Positions 37,656 through 50,503 of a DNA stretch of 64,000 nt are shown here, piece after piece. Position 1 is the stretch's first letter. Each line of letters opens with the position of its first letter. Where the stretch lies: contig OZ241858.1 of NCBI GenBank assembly GCA_965203035.1, positions 2,201,437-2,265,436 of the forward strand. The letters are read 5' to 3'. This stretch comes from Candidatus Spongiisocius sp. (GTDB lineage Bacteria; Actinomycetota; Acidimicrobiia; Spongiisociales; Spongiisociaceae). The notes under the pieces are model-generated. The model had not been told where the DNA came from. It searched no databases and worked only from the letters and a program-made list of their open reading frames with translations. The translations under genes were made by a program, and so were the position numbers.

Positions 37656-38186
37656 ATGACGGTGTTCGAGGCGATGCGAAGGCGCCGCATGCACCGGCAG
37701 TACCGGCCCGAACCACCCGATCAGGAGACCCTTGAACGCTTGGTCTACGCCGCCGGACGCGCCCAGGTGGCCCGCCCTGGCATCCGCCACCTGATCGTGG
37801 TCACCGACCCGCGGATCGTCCGCACCATGCGCCAGGCATGTCCGGGATTCGTGAACAACGCCCCGGCCGCCATCGCCGTATGCAGCGATCTGAAGAGGTC
37901 GGAGCAGGAGTCGGGGATACGGGGCGTAGAGGTGGTGAGCAGGCTTGATGCGGGTGCGTCCGCCGCCTTCATGGCCATCGCGGCGCCCGCACTCGGAATC
38001 GGCGTATGCAAGATCACCAGTTGGAGCGAGGAAGTGGTCCAGGCCATCCTGGGCCTTCCGGAGCATGTACGTCCGGAGGTGCTCATGGCGGTGGGGATAC
38101 CGGTTGCCAATCCCTCCAAGCCGCTGAAGGGCTTCCAGCCGTCCGTCCATGCCGACCGGTTCGGTCGCCCGTGGGGTGCGCCATGA
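37656..38186 (+). CDS. Nitroreductase-family protein
   Basis: Nitroreductase-family N-terminus (RRRMHRQY...) and overall fold. The start is set at the internal Met. Confidence 0.7.
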   Translation: MTVFEAMRRRRMHRQYRPEPPDQETLERLVYAAGRAQVARPGIRHLIVVTDPRIVRTMRQACPGFVNNAPAAIAVCSDLKRSEQESGIRGVEVVSRLDAGASAAFMAIAAPALGIGVCKITSWSEEVVQAILGLPEHVRPEVLMAVGIPVANPSKPLKGFQPSVHADRFGRPWGAP

Positions 38187-38503
38187 GCAGCCAGGATGCC
38201 GATCCCCGGGAGTTCCTGTTCGACTTCGTGCTGTACCTCGTTACCTGCGCGCGGCTCCACCTCGATGAGAAGCCCATCTACGGGGCGTTCCGGATGATCG
38301 AGGGCGCCAGCCGTCTCATCGAGGCGGCAGAGGATCTGCCCGGCTGGGAGGTGGACGGGTTCCTGGCCGAGCAGCGGGCGGCGATCGAGGCCAACAAGGC
38401 TCGGATGACGGTCGACAAGGACGGCTTCCGCGACTGGCTGAGCGACCTGGCCAGAGACCTGGCCGCCGAAGCCACCAGGAGAAACCTCGATCCGGCGGGG
38501 TGA
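38183..38503 (+). CDS. Hypothetical protein (106 aa), translationally coupled to the nitroreductase (ATGA)
   Basis: An ORF with no recognisable motifs. Confidence 0.35.
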   Translation: MSSQDADPREFLFDFVLYLVTCARLHLDEKPIYGAFRMIEGASRLIEAAEDLPGWEVDGFLAEQRAAIEANKARMTVDKDGFRDWLSDLARDLAAEATRRNLDPAG

Positions 38504-38577
38504 GCAGGGGAACGGAGCCCCTCTCTCGCGCATTAATCGATGGACCGGGGCGATCGCGCCCCTATAGTTCTGTATCC

Positions 38578-39432
38578 ATGCGGATCCGAATCAGCGTGGT
38601 AGCGGTTCTGGCTACCCTCGTTCTCCCTGTTCCCGGCGCCGTCGCCCAGGCCGGAGACGACGCCGCGCGCCAAACCGCATCACTGCGCAGCTCGCTCGAG
38701 CCCGGCGACGTCCTCCTGCGCGGTCAATCGCTCCGATCCCCGGACGGCGCCCACCGACTGGCGTTCCTGCCGGACGGCAACCTGGTCCTGTATCGAGGCG
38801 CCGAAGAGGTCTGGTCCTCGGGAACGAGCCGCCAGGCAGGCAACCGCCTTCTCATGCAGCACGACGGTGACCTCGTCATGTACCTGGCGCTTCAGTTCGG
38901 AACCGTGCCGGTCTGGCGTTCCGGTACCGGCGGCTTCGATGGCGCTGAGCTGAGACTGCCCGAGGATGGGGGAGCGACCATCCGCCGCCACGATGCGCAG
39001 CTTCTCTGGTCGGCCGGGTTGACGGCGCCCGATGTGGGTCTTGCCGGCCGTCAGCACGCCGTCTATGACCGGCGCGGCGAGAAGATGATGGCCTGGCTGG
39101 TCGAAGCCGACGGGACGCTGACGGACACCTACCCCGTGAGCGGCATGTTCCGGAACCCGCCCGCCGGTCACTACGAGATCTACTCGAAGTCCGAGGTGGC
39201 CTACGGTTTCCGAGGGGGCAGCATGAAACACATGGTCCGCTTCGCCTGGGGAGCGAGCGGTTGGCGGATAGGCTTCCATTCGATCGGTGTGGACGCGAGC
39301 GGAGCACCGAACCAGACGCTCGACCAACTCGGCCAGGGGTTGTCGGCAGGTTGTGTTCGGCAGCGTGACGACAAGGCGGCGTTCCTGTACGACTGGGCGC
39401 CGATCGGCATGCCGGTTGTGGTGCTGGGCTGA
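38578..39432 (+). CDS. Secreted bulb-type (B_lectin) mannose-binding lectin domain fused to an L,D-transpeptidase (YkuD) catalytic domain
   Basis: Signal peptide. QSLRSPDGAHRLAFLPDGNLVLY and LMQHDGDLVMY lectin repeats. H...SAGCVRQ catalytic motif. Confidence 0.7.
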   Translation: MRIRISVVAVLATLVLPVPGAVAQAGDDAARQTASLRSSLEPGDVLLRGQSLRSPDGAHRLAFLPDGNLVLYRGAEEVWSSGTSRQAGNRLLMQHDGDLVMYLALQFGTVPVWRSGTGGFDGAELRLPEDGGATIRRHDAQLLWSAGLTAPDVGLAGRQHAVYDRRGEKMMAWLVEADGTLTDTYPVSGMFRNPPAGHYEIYSKSEVAYGFRGGSMKHMVRFAWGASGWRIGFHSIGVDASGAPNQTLDQLGQGLSAGCVRQRDDKAAFLYDWAPIGMPVVVLG

Positions 39433-39531
39433 CACCCTCGCTCCATGAAGGGCACCTGAAGCACGACCACGACCTGGTTGGCGCCTGGGTGAGGTTCCGG
39501 GGTTCCGGCACGGGCGACTCTCTTCGGTAAC

Positions 39532-41019
39532 GTGGACCGCATGAAAGTCACTCCGAGCCCGGCCGGGTTCCGCCGCCTTGCCGAGCATGCTTCTGTGGTC
39601 CCGATCAGGATGGCCTTGCTGTCTGACCGGGAGACTCCGGTCAGCGCGTTCGGCAAGCTGGTCGGCGACTCGCCCGGCTTCCTGCTCGAATCCCTCGAAG
39701 GAGGGGAGCGTTGGGCGCGCTGGTCGTTCCTCGGATGGGATCCGATCTTCACGCTCACAAGCCGGGACGGGGTAAGCCATATCGACCATCCCCGGGTCCG
39801 GTTACCCGAGGGAGACCCGCTCACGGTCCTCGAACGGCTGCTTGCCCGCTACGCCATGGACCCGATGGACGACCTGCCCCCCTTGCATTCCGGAGCGGTC
39901 GGATATCTCTCCTATGACGCGGTCCGCTACATCGAGCGGCTTCCCGACCGGCCTCAGGACGACCGTGGCCTGCCCGAAATGATGTGGCAGTTCGTGGGCA
40001 GCCTGGCGGCCCTCGATCATCCCGGTCAGACCTTGCACCTGGTCCGCAACGTCTTCACCGACCTCGAGGAAGACCTGGACGCCGCCTACCAAGACGCGGT
40101 AACCCGGCTCCACGACGCCGCTGATCGGCTCGGGACCGCCCTCCGTTACCGCCCGGCCGCCGGGCTCGACCATGCGGCCCGGCCCGCCCTGCCCGCAGCT
40201 TCGACCCTCGATCAGGAGGAGTTCGAACGGGCTGTCCTGAAGGTCAAGGACTACATCCGGGAGGGCGACGCCTACCAGGTAGTGCTCAGCCGCCGCATCG
40301 GGACCCCATTCGACGGGGATCCGTTCGATCTGTACCGCGCCCTGCGCCTCATCAACCCCTCGCCCTTCCTCTTCTACCTCCGGCACCCGGACCTCACCGT
40401 GGCGGGCTCGTCGCCGGAGCTGATGACCCGGGTGAGGGATGGGACCGTGTTCTCCCGTCCCATCGCCGGCACCCGGCGGCGGGGCGTCTCCCCGGAGGAG
40501 GACCACGCCCTGGAGAAGGAGATGCTGGCCGACCCGAAGGAACGGGCCGAACACGTCATGCTCATCGACCTGGCCCGCAACGATCTGGGCCGGGTCTGCG
40601 ACTTCGGCACGGTGACCGTGGACGACCTGATGGTGGTGGAGCGCTACTCGCACGTCATGCATTTGGTGTCGGGCGTATCGGGACGGCTCCGAGACGGGCT
40701 GGGCCCGGTCGACGTGGTCAGGGCGGTGTTCCCCCACGGCACCGTATCGGGAGCGCCCAAGGTGCGAGCGATGGAGATCATCGACGAGATCGAGCCGGTG
40801 GCCCGCGGTCCCTATGCCGGCGCCGCCGGGTATATGGACTTCAGCGGCAACGTGGATACCGCCATCTGCCTGCGGACCGTCGTGATAGCCGGTGGCACCG
40901 CCTGGGTCCAGGCCGGCGCAGGCCTGGTGGCGGATTCCGATCCCGAGACCGAGTTCCAGGAAACCGAGGACAAGGCGGCCGCGGCGCTGGCGGCCGTTGC
41001 GGGGGCGGAGTTGCTTTGA
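39532..41019 (+). CDS. trpE: Anthranilate synthase component I
   Basis: Chorismate-binding enzyme motifs (LINPSPFLFYL, GAPK, the PYAGAAGY region). Confidence 0.95.
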   Translation: MDRMKVTPSPAGFRRLAEHASVVPIRMALLSDRETPVSAFGKLVGDSPGFLLESLEGGERWARWSFLGWDPIFTLTSRDGVSHIDHPRVRLPEGDPLTVLERLLARYAMDPMDDLPPLHSGAVGYLSYDAVRYIERLPDRPQDDRGLPEMMWQFVGSLAALDHPGQTLHLVRNVFTDLEEDLDAAYQDAVTRLHDAADRLGTALRYRPAAGLDHAARPALPAASTLDQEEFERAVLKVKDYIREGDAYQVVLSRRIGTPFDGDPFDLYRALRLINPSPFLFYLRHPDLTVAGSSPELMTRVRDGTVFSRPIAGTRRRGVSPEEDHALEKEMLADPKERAEHVMLIDLARNDLGRVCDFGTVTVDDLMVVERYSHVMHLVSGVSGRLRDGLGPVDVVRAVFPHGTVSGAPKVRAMEIIDEIEPVARGPYAGAAGYMDFSGNVDTAICLRTVVIAGGTAWVQAGAGLVADSDPETEFQETEDKAAAALAAVAGAELL

Positions 41020-41957
41020 CCGTGCGACCAGGCGAGCCCGGCGACTCCAGGGACCGGTACGCCCGCGCCAGGACCGGCGCGGGATTCGCCACAGACATGC
41101 TGGGCCTGTTCTGGGCCGTCGGGCCGGATGCGATCTCCTTCCTCCAGGGCATACTCAGCCAGGACGTAGGGGGGCTTTCTCCCGGTCAGGCGGCGAGGTC
41201 CTTCCTCCTGCAACCCCGCGGGAAGCTCGACGCCCTGCTCTGGGTACTGCGCGACGAGGACCGGGTGGGGATCGTCGCGGACGCCACCCACCAGGATGGG
41301 GCAATCGCCTCGCTGTCCCGGTGGCGCCTGCGCGTCGACGTCGAGTTCCACCAGGACCGGCGTCCCGTTCTCGACGTCTGGGGGCCCTCGGATCGGGTGC
41401 CCGGAGCGCCGGGTGGCTGGCGGGATGAGCAGGGGACGCTGGTCGCGGAACTGCGCGCGCAACCGGTGCGGCGCCGCATCATCGCCGGATGGAGCCCGCA
41501 ACAGATCGGGCAACTCGGCGCCGTACCGATCGACCGCGCCGCGGTCGACGCGTTCCGGGTCGAGGCCGGAGAACCCCGGATGGGCATCGATGTAGACGGC
41601 AGGACCATTCCCCAGGAGACGGGCCTGGTCCCCGAGGCGGTCTCGTTCACCAAGGGGTGTTTTCTCGGCCAGGAACTGGTGGCTCGCATCGACAGCCGGG
41701 GCCGGGTCAACCGCCATCTCCGGGCGATAAGGATGCTCGGGCAGGCCATCCCGCCCCCGGGCGCCCGCGTCTCCCACGGGGCGAGGGTGGTGGGAGAGGT
41801 CACCACCGTTGCGGAGAGTCCCGTCCACCAGGCCCCGATCGCGCTGGCGTTGATCCGGCGCGAAGCCCCGCCGGGCAGCCGCGTCACGGTGACCTGGGAG
41901 GACGGCCAGACCGAGGCCGAGGTGCGCGGCCTACCGATGACCGTCCGGGCCGGATGA
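41016..41957 (+). CDS. YgfZ/GcvT-like folate-binding protein
   Basis: KGCFLGQELVARIDSRGRVNRHL matches the YgfZ signature (KGCYxGQE). Confidence 0.7.
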   Translation: MTVRPGEPGDSRDRYARARTGAGFATDMLGLFWAVGPDAISFLQGILSQDVGGLSPGQAARSFLLQPRGKLDALLWVLRDEDRVGIVADATHQDGAIASLSRWRLRVDVEFHQDRRPVLDVWGPSDRVPGAPGGWRDEQGTLVAELRAQPVRRRIIAGWSPQQIGQLGAVPIDRAAVDAFRVEAGEPRMGIDVDGRTIPQETGLVPEAVSFTKGCFLGQELVARIDSRGRVNRHLRAIRMLGQAIPPPGARVSHGARVVGEVTTVAESPVHQAPIALALIRREAPPGSRVTVTWEDGQTEAEVRGLPMTVRAG

Positions 41958-42051
41958 GGTTCCGACCGATCTGAACCGCGGCGCCCCGCGACGCCGCGGC
42001 GGCGCCGGCCGTATGCCTATACCGCCACGAGTCCGAGTAGCCTTCGACCCC

Positions 42052-42819
42052 ATGCTGGACAAGGTTCTCGCATCGACGCGCCGCCGCCTTCCCGTGGTCA
42101 TCGCGCGCCAGGACGATCTACGCCGGACCGTCCGGGACATGCCCCCCGCACGAGGTTTCGCGGAAGCTCTGACGGCGCCCGGCCTGTCGGTCATCGCTGA
42201 GTTCAAGCGCGCCTCTCCCTCCAAGGGAGTCATCAACGCCGGCATGGTTCCCGGAGAGCAGGCGGCGAGTTTCCAGGCTGGTGGCGCGTCGGCGCTCTCG
42301 GTGCTCACCGAGCCCGATCACTTCCTCGGCGGCCCGGACGACCTCCGGGATGCCCGCGAAGCGGTGAGCCTGCCGGTACTGCGGAAGGACTTCACGCTCG
42401 ACCCGGCCCAGGTCTGGGAGACGCGGGCGATGGGAGCGGATGCGGTGCTGCTGATCGTCTCCCTCCTGGATGACCCGCTCCTGTCCGCCCTGATCGAGAC
42501 GGCCACCGAGGCCGGCCTGACCGCCCTCGTGGAGGTCCATGACCGGCTGGAGGCCAAGCGGGCCACCGAGGCCGGCGCCACCGTCATCGGGGTCAACAAC
42601 CGGGACCTGCGCACCTTCCGGGTCGACCTGGCCACCTCCGAGCGGATCGCGCCGCTCCTCGACGATGTCGACGTCCGGGTGGCGGAGAGCGGCGTTCACG
42701 GCCCGGCCGACGCGACCCGGCTGCGGGACGCCGGCTACGACGCGGTGCTGGTGGGCGAGTACCTGTCGAGGGCCGAGGACGCCGGCACGGCCGTCCGCGG
42801 CCTCAAGATGCTCCCATGA
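42052..42819 (+). CDS. trpC: Indole-3-glycerol phosphate synthase
   Basis: EFKRASPSKG and the LRKDF motif. An alternative start lies at 42013. Confidence 0.9.
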   Translation: MLDKVLASTRRRLPVVIARQDDLRRTVRDMPPARGFAEALTAPGLSVIAEFKRASPSKGVINAGMVPGEQAASFQAGGASALSVLTEPDHFLGGPDDLRDAREAVSLPVLRKDFTLDPAQVWETRAMGADAVLLIVSLLDDPLLSALIETATEAGLTALVEVHDRLEAKRATEAGATVIGVNNRDLRTFRVDLATSERIAPLLDDVDVRVAESGVHGPADATRLRDAGYDAVLVGEYLSRAEDAGTAVRGLKMLP

Positions 42820-43424
42820 CCTGGGTCAAGGTCTGCGGAATGCGCACCGTCAGCGACCTGGAGGCGGCCGCCGAGGCCGGCGCCGACGCGGTCGGTCTCG
42901 TGCTGGTCGATGGTTCCCCCCGCCGTCTCACGGTTGCGGAGGCCTCCCGGCTGGCCGGGGCGACACCCCTCCCGGCAGTGATACTGACGGCCGATACCAG
43001 CCCCGACCGGCTCCTCGAGTTGGTCGAGCAGGTGGGCGCCTCGGGTGTCCAGCCCTATGGCGAGGATTCGAGCCGGGCCGCCGCGGCGGCCGGAGAGGCC
43101 GGGGCGTTCGTCCTCCTACCGGTGCGCGCCAGGGGACCGGTGAACCTGGAGCGCTTCCCGGAGAACCAGACCCCGCTCCTCGACGCCTATTCGCCGGACC
43201 GGCTCGGCGGTACCGGCAGGACCGTCCCCGCCGAGTGGCTACCGCCTGAGGGCGCCCGGTACGTGCTGGCCGGAGGTCTGGACCCCCGCAACGTGGCAGG
43301 CGCCGTAGCCCGCTACCGTCCCTGGGGTGTGGACGCCTCGTCCGGACTCGAGTCATCACCGGGCGTTAAGGACCCTGCACGGATCATCGACTTCGTACGC
43401 AACGCCAAGGGGGTCGGCGAATGA
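42816..43424 (+). CDS. trpF: Phosphoribosylanthranilate isomerase
   Basis: VKVCG N-terminus, the LAGGL motif, and [10 protein letters not shown]. Confidence 0.85.
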   Translation: MTWVKVCGMRTVSDLEAAAEAGADAVGLVLVDGSPRRLTVAEASRLAGATPLPAVILTADTSPDRLLELVEQVGASGVQPYGEDSSRAAAAAGEAGAFVLLPVRARGPVNLERFPENQTPLLDAYSPDRLGGTGRTVPAEWLPPEGARYVLAGGLDPRNVAGAVARYRPWGVDASSGLESSPGVKDPARIIDFVRNAKGVGE

Positions 43425-44629
43425 CGTCAGCCACGGATGGTCGAGCCAGCCTCCGCCTGGACCGCCCGGACGAGCAGGGCCGCTTCGGCGACTACGGCGG
43501 GATGTTCGCTCCGGAGACCCTGATGCCGGCCCTGCAACGGCTGGCCACCGACTTCGCCGATGCGTGGGCGGATGCCGGATTCGTAGCCCACTTCCATGAC
43601 CTCCTGGAGAAGTACACAGGGCGGCCCACGCCGTTGCACGCCGCCGATCACCTGTCGGAGGAAACCGGGACGAGGGTGCTGCTCAAGCGCGAGGACCTGG
43701 CGCATACCGGCGCCCACAAGATCAACAACGCCATCGGCCAGGCCATCCTGGCTACCCGCACTGCCAAGACCCGGCTCATAGCCGAGACCGGCGCAGGGCA
43801 GCACGGGGTGGCCACCGCCACCGCCGCCGCCTACGCCGGCCTGGAATGCGTGGTCTACATGGGAGAGAAGGACATCGAGCGCCAGTCCCTCAACGTCCAG
43901 CGCATGCGCATGCTCGGCGCGGACGTGGTTCCGGTCTCAGCCGGCGCGGCCACCCTCAAGGATGCGGTCAACGAGGCCATGCGGGACTGGGTGCGCACGG
44001 TGGAGACCACCCACTACATCATCGGCTCGGCGGTCGGGCCCCATCCCTTCCCCTGGATGGTGAGGGAGTTCCAGAGGATCATCGGGGACGAGAGCATCCG
44101 CCAGCTACAGGGAGAATCCGTCGATGTGGTGGTGGCGTGCGTGGGGGGCGGCTCGAACGCCATCGGCATGTTCTACCCCTTCGCCGGGCGTGACGGCGTC
44201 GACCTGGTCGGTGTCGAGGCGGCGGGCCACGGGATCCAAACCGGACGGCACGGCGCCTCGATCGGCGCCGGATCGCCGGGAATCCTGCATGGCGCCCGCA
44301 CCTACATGCTCCAGGACGACGAGGGCCAGGTCCTGGAGGCCCACTCGATCTCGGCCGGCCTCGACTACCCGGGGGTCGGGCCGGAGCACGCCTACTTCGC
44401 CGACACCGGCCTGGCGCGATACGTCTCGATCACTGACGAGGAGGCTCTGGGTGGAGTCGATCTCCTCTCCCGAACCGAAGGTATCATCCCGGCGCTCGAG
44501 TCGGCGCATGCCATCGCCTGGGTGGCCAAGGATGCGGCCCGGCTGGCAGGAAAGACGGTGCTCATCAACCTGTCAGGCCGAGGCGACAAGGACATGGACA
44601 TGATCGCGGCCAAGGCAGGTATCGGGTGA
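43421..44629 (+). CDS. trpB: Tryptophan synthase beta chain
   Basis: PLP motif ([10 protein letters not shown]) and GGGSNAIG. Confidence 0.95.
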   Translation: MTSATDGRASLRLDRPDEQGRFGDYGGMFAPETLMPALQRLATDFADAWADAGFVAHFHDLLEKYTGRPTPLHAADHLSEETGTRVLLKREDLAHTGAHKINNAIGQAILATRTAKTRLIAETGAGQHGVATATAAAYAGLECVVYMGEKDIERQSLNVQRMRMLGADVVPVSAGAATLKDAVNEAMRDWVRTVETTHYIIGSAVGPHPFPWMVREFQRIIGDESIRQLQGESVDVVVACVGGGSNAIGMFYPFAGRDGVDLVGVEAAGHGIQTGRHGASIGAGSPGILHGARTYMLQDDEGQVLEAHSISAGLDYPGVGPEHAYFADTGLARYVSITDEEALGGVDLLSRTEGIIPALESAHAIAWVAKDAARLAGKTVLINLSGRGDKDMDMIAAKAGIG

Positions 44630-45420
44630 GCCGCCGCGGGCTGGACGACCTGTTCACGCGGGTACGGGCAGAGGGGAGAACCGCCTTCCTGCCCTTCATG
44701 ACCGCCGGGCTGCCCAGCCCGGACCGGACCGTGGAGTGCTTCGAGGCGATGGCGGACGCCGGCGCGGACGCCTTCGAAGTCGGCATCCCCTACAGCGATC
44801 CCATGATGGACGGGCCGACCATTCAGGTGGCCAGCGCCCGCGCCATCGAACAGGGTATGACCCTCAAGGGCGGGTTCGGTGTCCTCCGCCGGGTGGTCGA
44901 TGCGACCGGCAAGCCCTCGCTGGCCATGTCCTACGCCAACCCGGTGTTCCGGCTGGGACCGGATGAATTCGCCCGCCGGGCCGCCGATGCGGGCGCCGCA
45001 GGGCTGATAATCGCGGATCTTCCCCTGGAGGAGGCGGCGCCGGTGGCCGAGGCATGCGACCGGTCCGGAATCGGCCTGGTGCTGTTCGCGGCACCCACCA
45101 CCCAGGACGAGCGCCTGGAACGGATCGCCGAACGTGCCCCGGTCTTCATCTACGGGGTCGCCGAACTGGGCGTGACCGGCGAGCGGGACGAGCAGTCGGA
45201 CCACCCCAGAACCTTGGCCGCGCGAATCCGGGCCATAACGCGCGTGCCGCTGGTGATGGGTGTCGGCATAAGCACGCCTGCGCAGGCCGCGGCGCTGGCG
45301 CCGGACGTGGACGGGATCATCGTGGGCTCGGCCCTGGTGCGCCGGGCGCTCCAGTCCCCCCGTCCGATCACCGACATAGCCGATGCCACCAGGAGACTGG
45401 TAGACGTCCTGTCCGATTGA
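44626..45420 (+). CDS. trpA: Tryptophan synthase alpha chain
   Basis: TIM-barrel fold with conserved catalytic Glu and Asp ([15 protein letters not shown]). Confidence 0.9.
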   Translation: MSRRGLDDLFTRVRAEGRTAFLPFMTAGLPSPDRTVECFEAMADAGADAFEVGIPYSDPMMDGPTIQVASARAIEQGMTLKGGFGVLRRVVDATGKPSLAMSYANPVFRLGPDEFARRAADAGAAGLIIADLPLEEAAPVAEACDRSGIGLVLFAAPTTQDERLERIAERAPVFIYGVAELGVTGERDEQSDHPRTLAARIRAITRVPLVMGVGISTPAQAAALAPDVDGIIVGSALVRRALQSPRPITDIADATRRLVDVLSD

Positions 45421-45432
45421 CCGGCTCGGCCG

Positions 45433-47238
45433 TTAACCGGCGCCCCTCGCGCGCGTGCCGGGCATCCGCATGACCGACACGAAGGCCTCCGGCGGTATCT
45501 CAACCCGTCCGATCGCCTTCATGCGCCGCTTGCCCGCCTTCTGCTTCGCCAGCAGCTTGCGCTTCCGGGTGACATCTCCGCCGTAGAGCTTGGCGGTCAC
45601 GTCCTTGCGGAAGGCCTTGACCGTCTCGCGGGCGATGATCCGGCCTCCGATCGCCGCCTGGATGGGGACGTCGTACTGCTGGCGCGGGATCAGTTCCATG
45701 AGCTTCTCGGTCATCTGCCGTCCGTAGGGATAGGAAGAATCCCGGTGGACGATCGCGCTGAAGGCGTCTACCGGCTCGTGATGCAGCAGGATGTCCACCT
45801 TCACCAGATCGGCATCCTCGTAGTGTCCGGCGTCGTAGTCCAGGCTGGCATATCCCTGTGTCCGGCTCTTGAGCTGGTCGTAGAAGTCTGTTACCACCTC
45901 GGCCAGCGGCAGGTGGTAACGGAGTTCCACCCGTTCGGGAGACAGGTACTCCATGCCCTTGATGCGTCCCCGGCGGCCCTGGCAGAGATCCATCAGACGG
46001 CCGGTGTAGCGGGCCGGGCTGATGATGCTCGCCGCCAGGATCGGCTCGGCGATGGACAGCACCTCGCCGGCCGGAGGCATCTTGGCGGGGCTGTCAACGG
46101 GAACTTCCTCCCCGGCCGTCGTCCGCACCCGATACTCCACCGACGGCTTGGTGGCGATGATGTCCAGGGCGAACTCGCGCTCGAGGCGCTGGGTGATGAT
46201 CTCCATGTGCAAGAGGCCGAGGAAGCCACACCGGTAGCCGAACCCGAGTGCGGTGGAGGTCTCCGGCTCGTAGCTGAAGCTGGAGTCGTTGAGGCGTAGC
46301 CGGTCTAGGGCGTCTCGTAGTTCGGGATACTCGTCCCCGTCCAGGGGATAGAGGCCGCAGAACACCATGGGTTTGGGCTCGCGATAGCCCGGTAGGGGGG
46401 TGGAGGCTGGATGGGCGGCGTCGGTGACGGTCTCGCCGGGACGGGCCTCCGCCGTGTTCTTGACCCCGGATATGAGGTATCCCACCTCTCCGGGGCCCAG
46501 CTGCTCCACGGGAACGGCGGACGGCGTGCGCACCCCGATCTCCTGGAGGTTGTACATGGCGCCGGTCTGCATGAAACGCACCCGCGAGCCGGCGCGCAGC
46601 CTACCCCGCACGATCCGGATCGAGCTGATGACCCCCCGGTAGCTGTCGAAATGGGAATCGAACACCAGGGCCGCCAGCTCCGCATCCTCATCGCCGTCCG
46701 GCGGCGGTACGCGCCGGCAGACCGCGTCGAGGAGCCCGGCAACTCCCTCGCCGGTCTTGGCCGACACCCGCAGCACCTCTTCGGCCGCTATTCCCAGGAC
46801 CTGCTCGATCTCCTCGGCCACCCGGTCGGGATCGGCGGCGGGAAGATCGACCTTGTTGAGAACCGGTACCACGGTCAGATCGTGTTCCAGCGCCAGCGCG
46901 CAGTTGGCCAGGGTCTGCGCCTCGATGCCCTGCGAGGCGTCGACCAGCAGGATCACCCCCTCGCACGCCGCCAGGGACCGCGATACCTCGTACCCGAAGT
47001 CGACGTGGCCCGGCGTGTCGATCAGATTGATCCTCCACGGCCCGTACTCCAGGCTGACGCTCTGGAGCTTGATGGTGATACCGCGCTCCCGCTCGAGATC
47101 CATATTGTCGAGGTACTGGGCTCGCATCCGGCGTGCGTCCACAGCCCCGCACAACTCCAGGAATCGATCCGCGAGCGTCGACTTGCCGTGGTCGATATGA
47201 GCAATAATGGCTACGTTGCGTATGCGAGATTGATCCAT
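45433..47238 (-). CDS. lepA: Elongation factor 4
   Basis: GTPase motifs ([21 protein letters not shown]) and the LepA C-terminal domain. Confidence 0.95.
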   Translation of the reverse strand: MDQSRIRNVAIIAHIDHGKSTLADRFLELCGAVDARRMRAQYLDNMDLERERGITIKLQSVSLEYGPWRINLIDTPGHVDFGYEVSRSLAACEGVILLVDASQGIEAQTLANCALALEHDLTVVPVLNKVDLPAADPDRVAEEIEQVLGIAAEEVLRVSAKTGEGVAGLLDAVCRRVPPPDGDEDAELAALVFDSHFDSYRGVISSIRIVRGRLRAGSRVRFMQTGAMYNLQEIGVRTPSAVPVEQLGPGEVGYLISGVKNTAEARPGETVTDAAHPASTPLPGYREPKPMVFCGLYPLDGDEYPELRDALDRLRLNDSSFSYEPETSTALGFGYRCGFLGLLHMEIITQRLEREFALDIIATKPSVEYRVRTTAGEEVPVDSPAKMPPAGEVLSIAEPILAASIISPARYTGRLMDLCQGRRGRIKGMEYLSPERVELRYHLPLAEVVTDFYDQLKSRTQGYASLDYDAGHYEDADLVKVDILLHHEPVDAFSAIVHRDSSYPYGRQMTEKLMELIPRQQYDVPIQAAIGGRIIARETVKAFRKDVTAKLYGGDVTRKRKLLAKQKAGKRRMKAIGRVEIPPEAFVSVMRMPGTRARGAG

Positions 47239-47368
47239 GCCTGGGGAGGGGGGTCGAAAACCGAATCCTGGGAGGCTCGCCGGTCGGGCAAACCACGGTC
47301 CTAGACGCAGGCTAGCCAGCGAACCGCACGTTCCGGCTTCGAGTGACCCCCGGGTAAGATCATCTCCA

Positions 47369-47452
47369 GCCGGGATGGCGGAATTGGTAGACGCGCCGGA
47401 CTCAAAATCCGGTGCCCCTTGGGGCGTATGGGTTCGAGTCCCATTCCCGGTA
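47369..47452 (+). tRNA. tRNA-Leu (anticodon CAA), type II with long variable arm
   Basis: GCCGGGATGGCGGAATTGGTAGACGCGCCGGACTCAAAATCCGG...GGGTTCGAGTCCCATTCCCGGTA. Confidence 0.85.
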
Positions 47453-47456
47453 CGGG

Positions 47457-47610
47457 CAGTGGCCAGTGGCCGGTTGCCAGTGGCCAGAGGCGACTTGGTC
47501 TAATCAATTCCCTTGTGCCCTTTCCTCTGTTCGATGGCATGTGTCATTCCCTTCCTGGGTTACAACATCACTGACCACTGACCACTGACCACTGACCACT
47601 GACCACTGCC
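47457..47610. repeat. Heptamer element D: left array (CAGTGGC)x5 with two degenerate units (47457-47491), a 77-nt AT-richer spacer, and right inverted array (CACTGAC)x5 plus CACTGCC (47569-47610). It ends 16 nt before the polA ATG.
   Basis: Read directly from the sequence. The reverse complement of the right array is (CAGTGGT)n, so the two arrays are mutually inverted. Confidence 0.9.
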
Positions 47611-47626
47611 ACGCTACGATCATCGC

Positions 47627-50284
<2,658 letters not shown>

Positions 50285-50503
50285 TATGGGGGACGGTTGA
50301 CGGATACCCTCCTAGAATGCGCCTGCGTGGCCAGGCGGGGAGGTGTTATTCTTCGCCTCGCTCCGTCACCGCAACGCACCAGCGGTACGGTTTTCCTGCC
50401 TGGAGGTCCACAACCAGCCATACCCAACCCGATCAATCCGGCCGGGCGTGATCCGTTCCGGCCCAGACCCCAAGCCCAGGCCTCCACGCAGAGAAATAGG
50501 AAA

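Noticed and set aside
39433-39531. Trp-codon-rich leader peptide / attenuator upstream of trpE
   Set aside because: The only ATG-initiated mini-ORF is MKGT-stop with no Trp codons. A single in-frame TGG elsewhere is not convincing.
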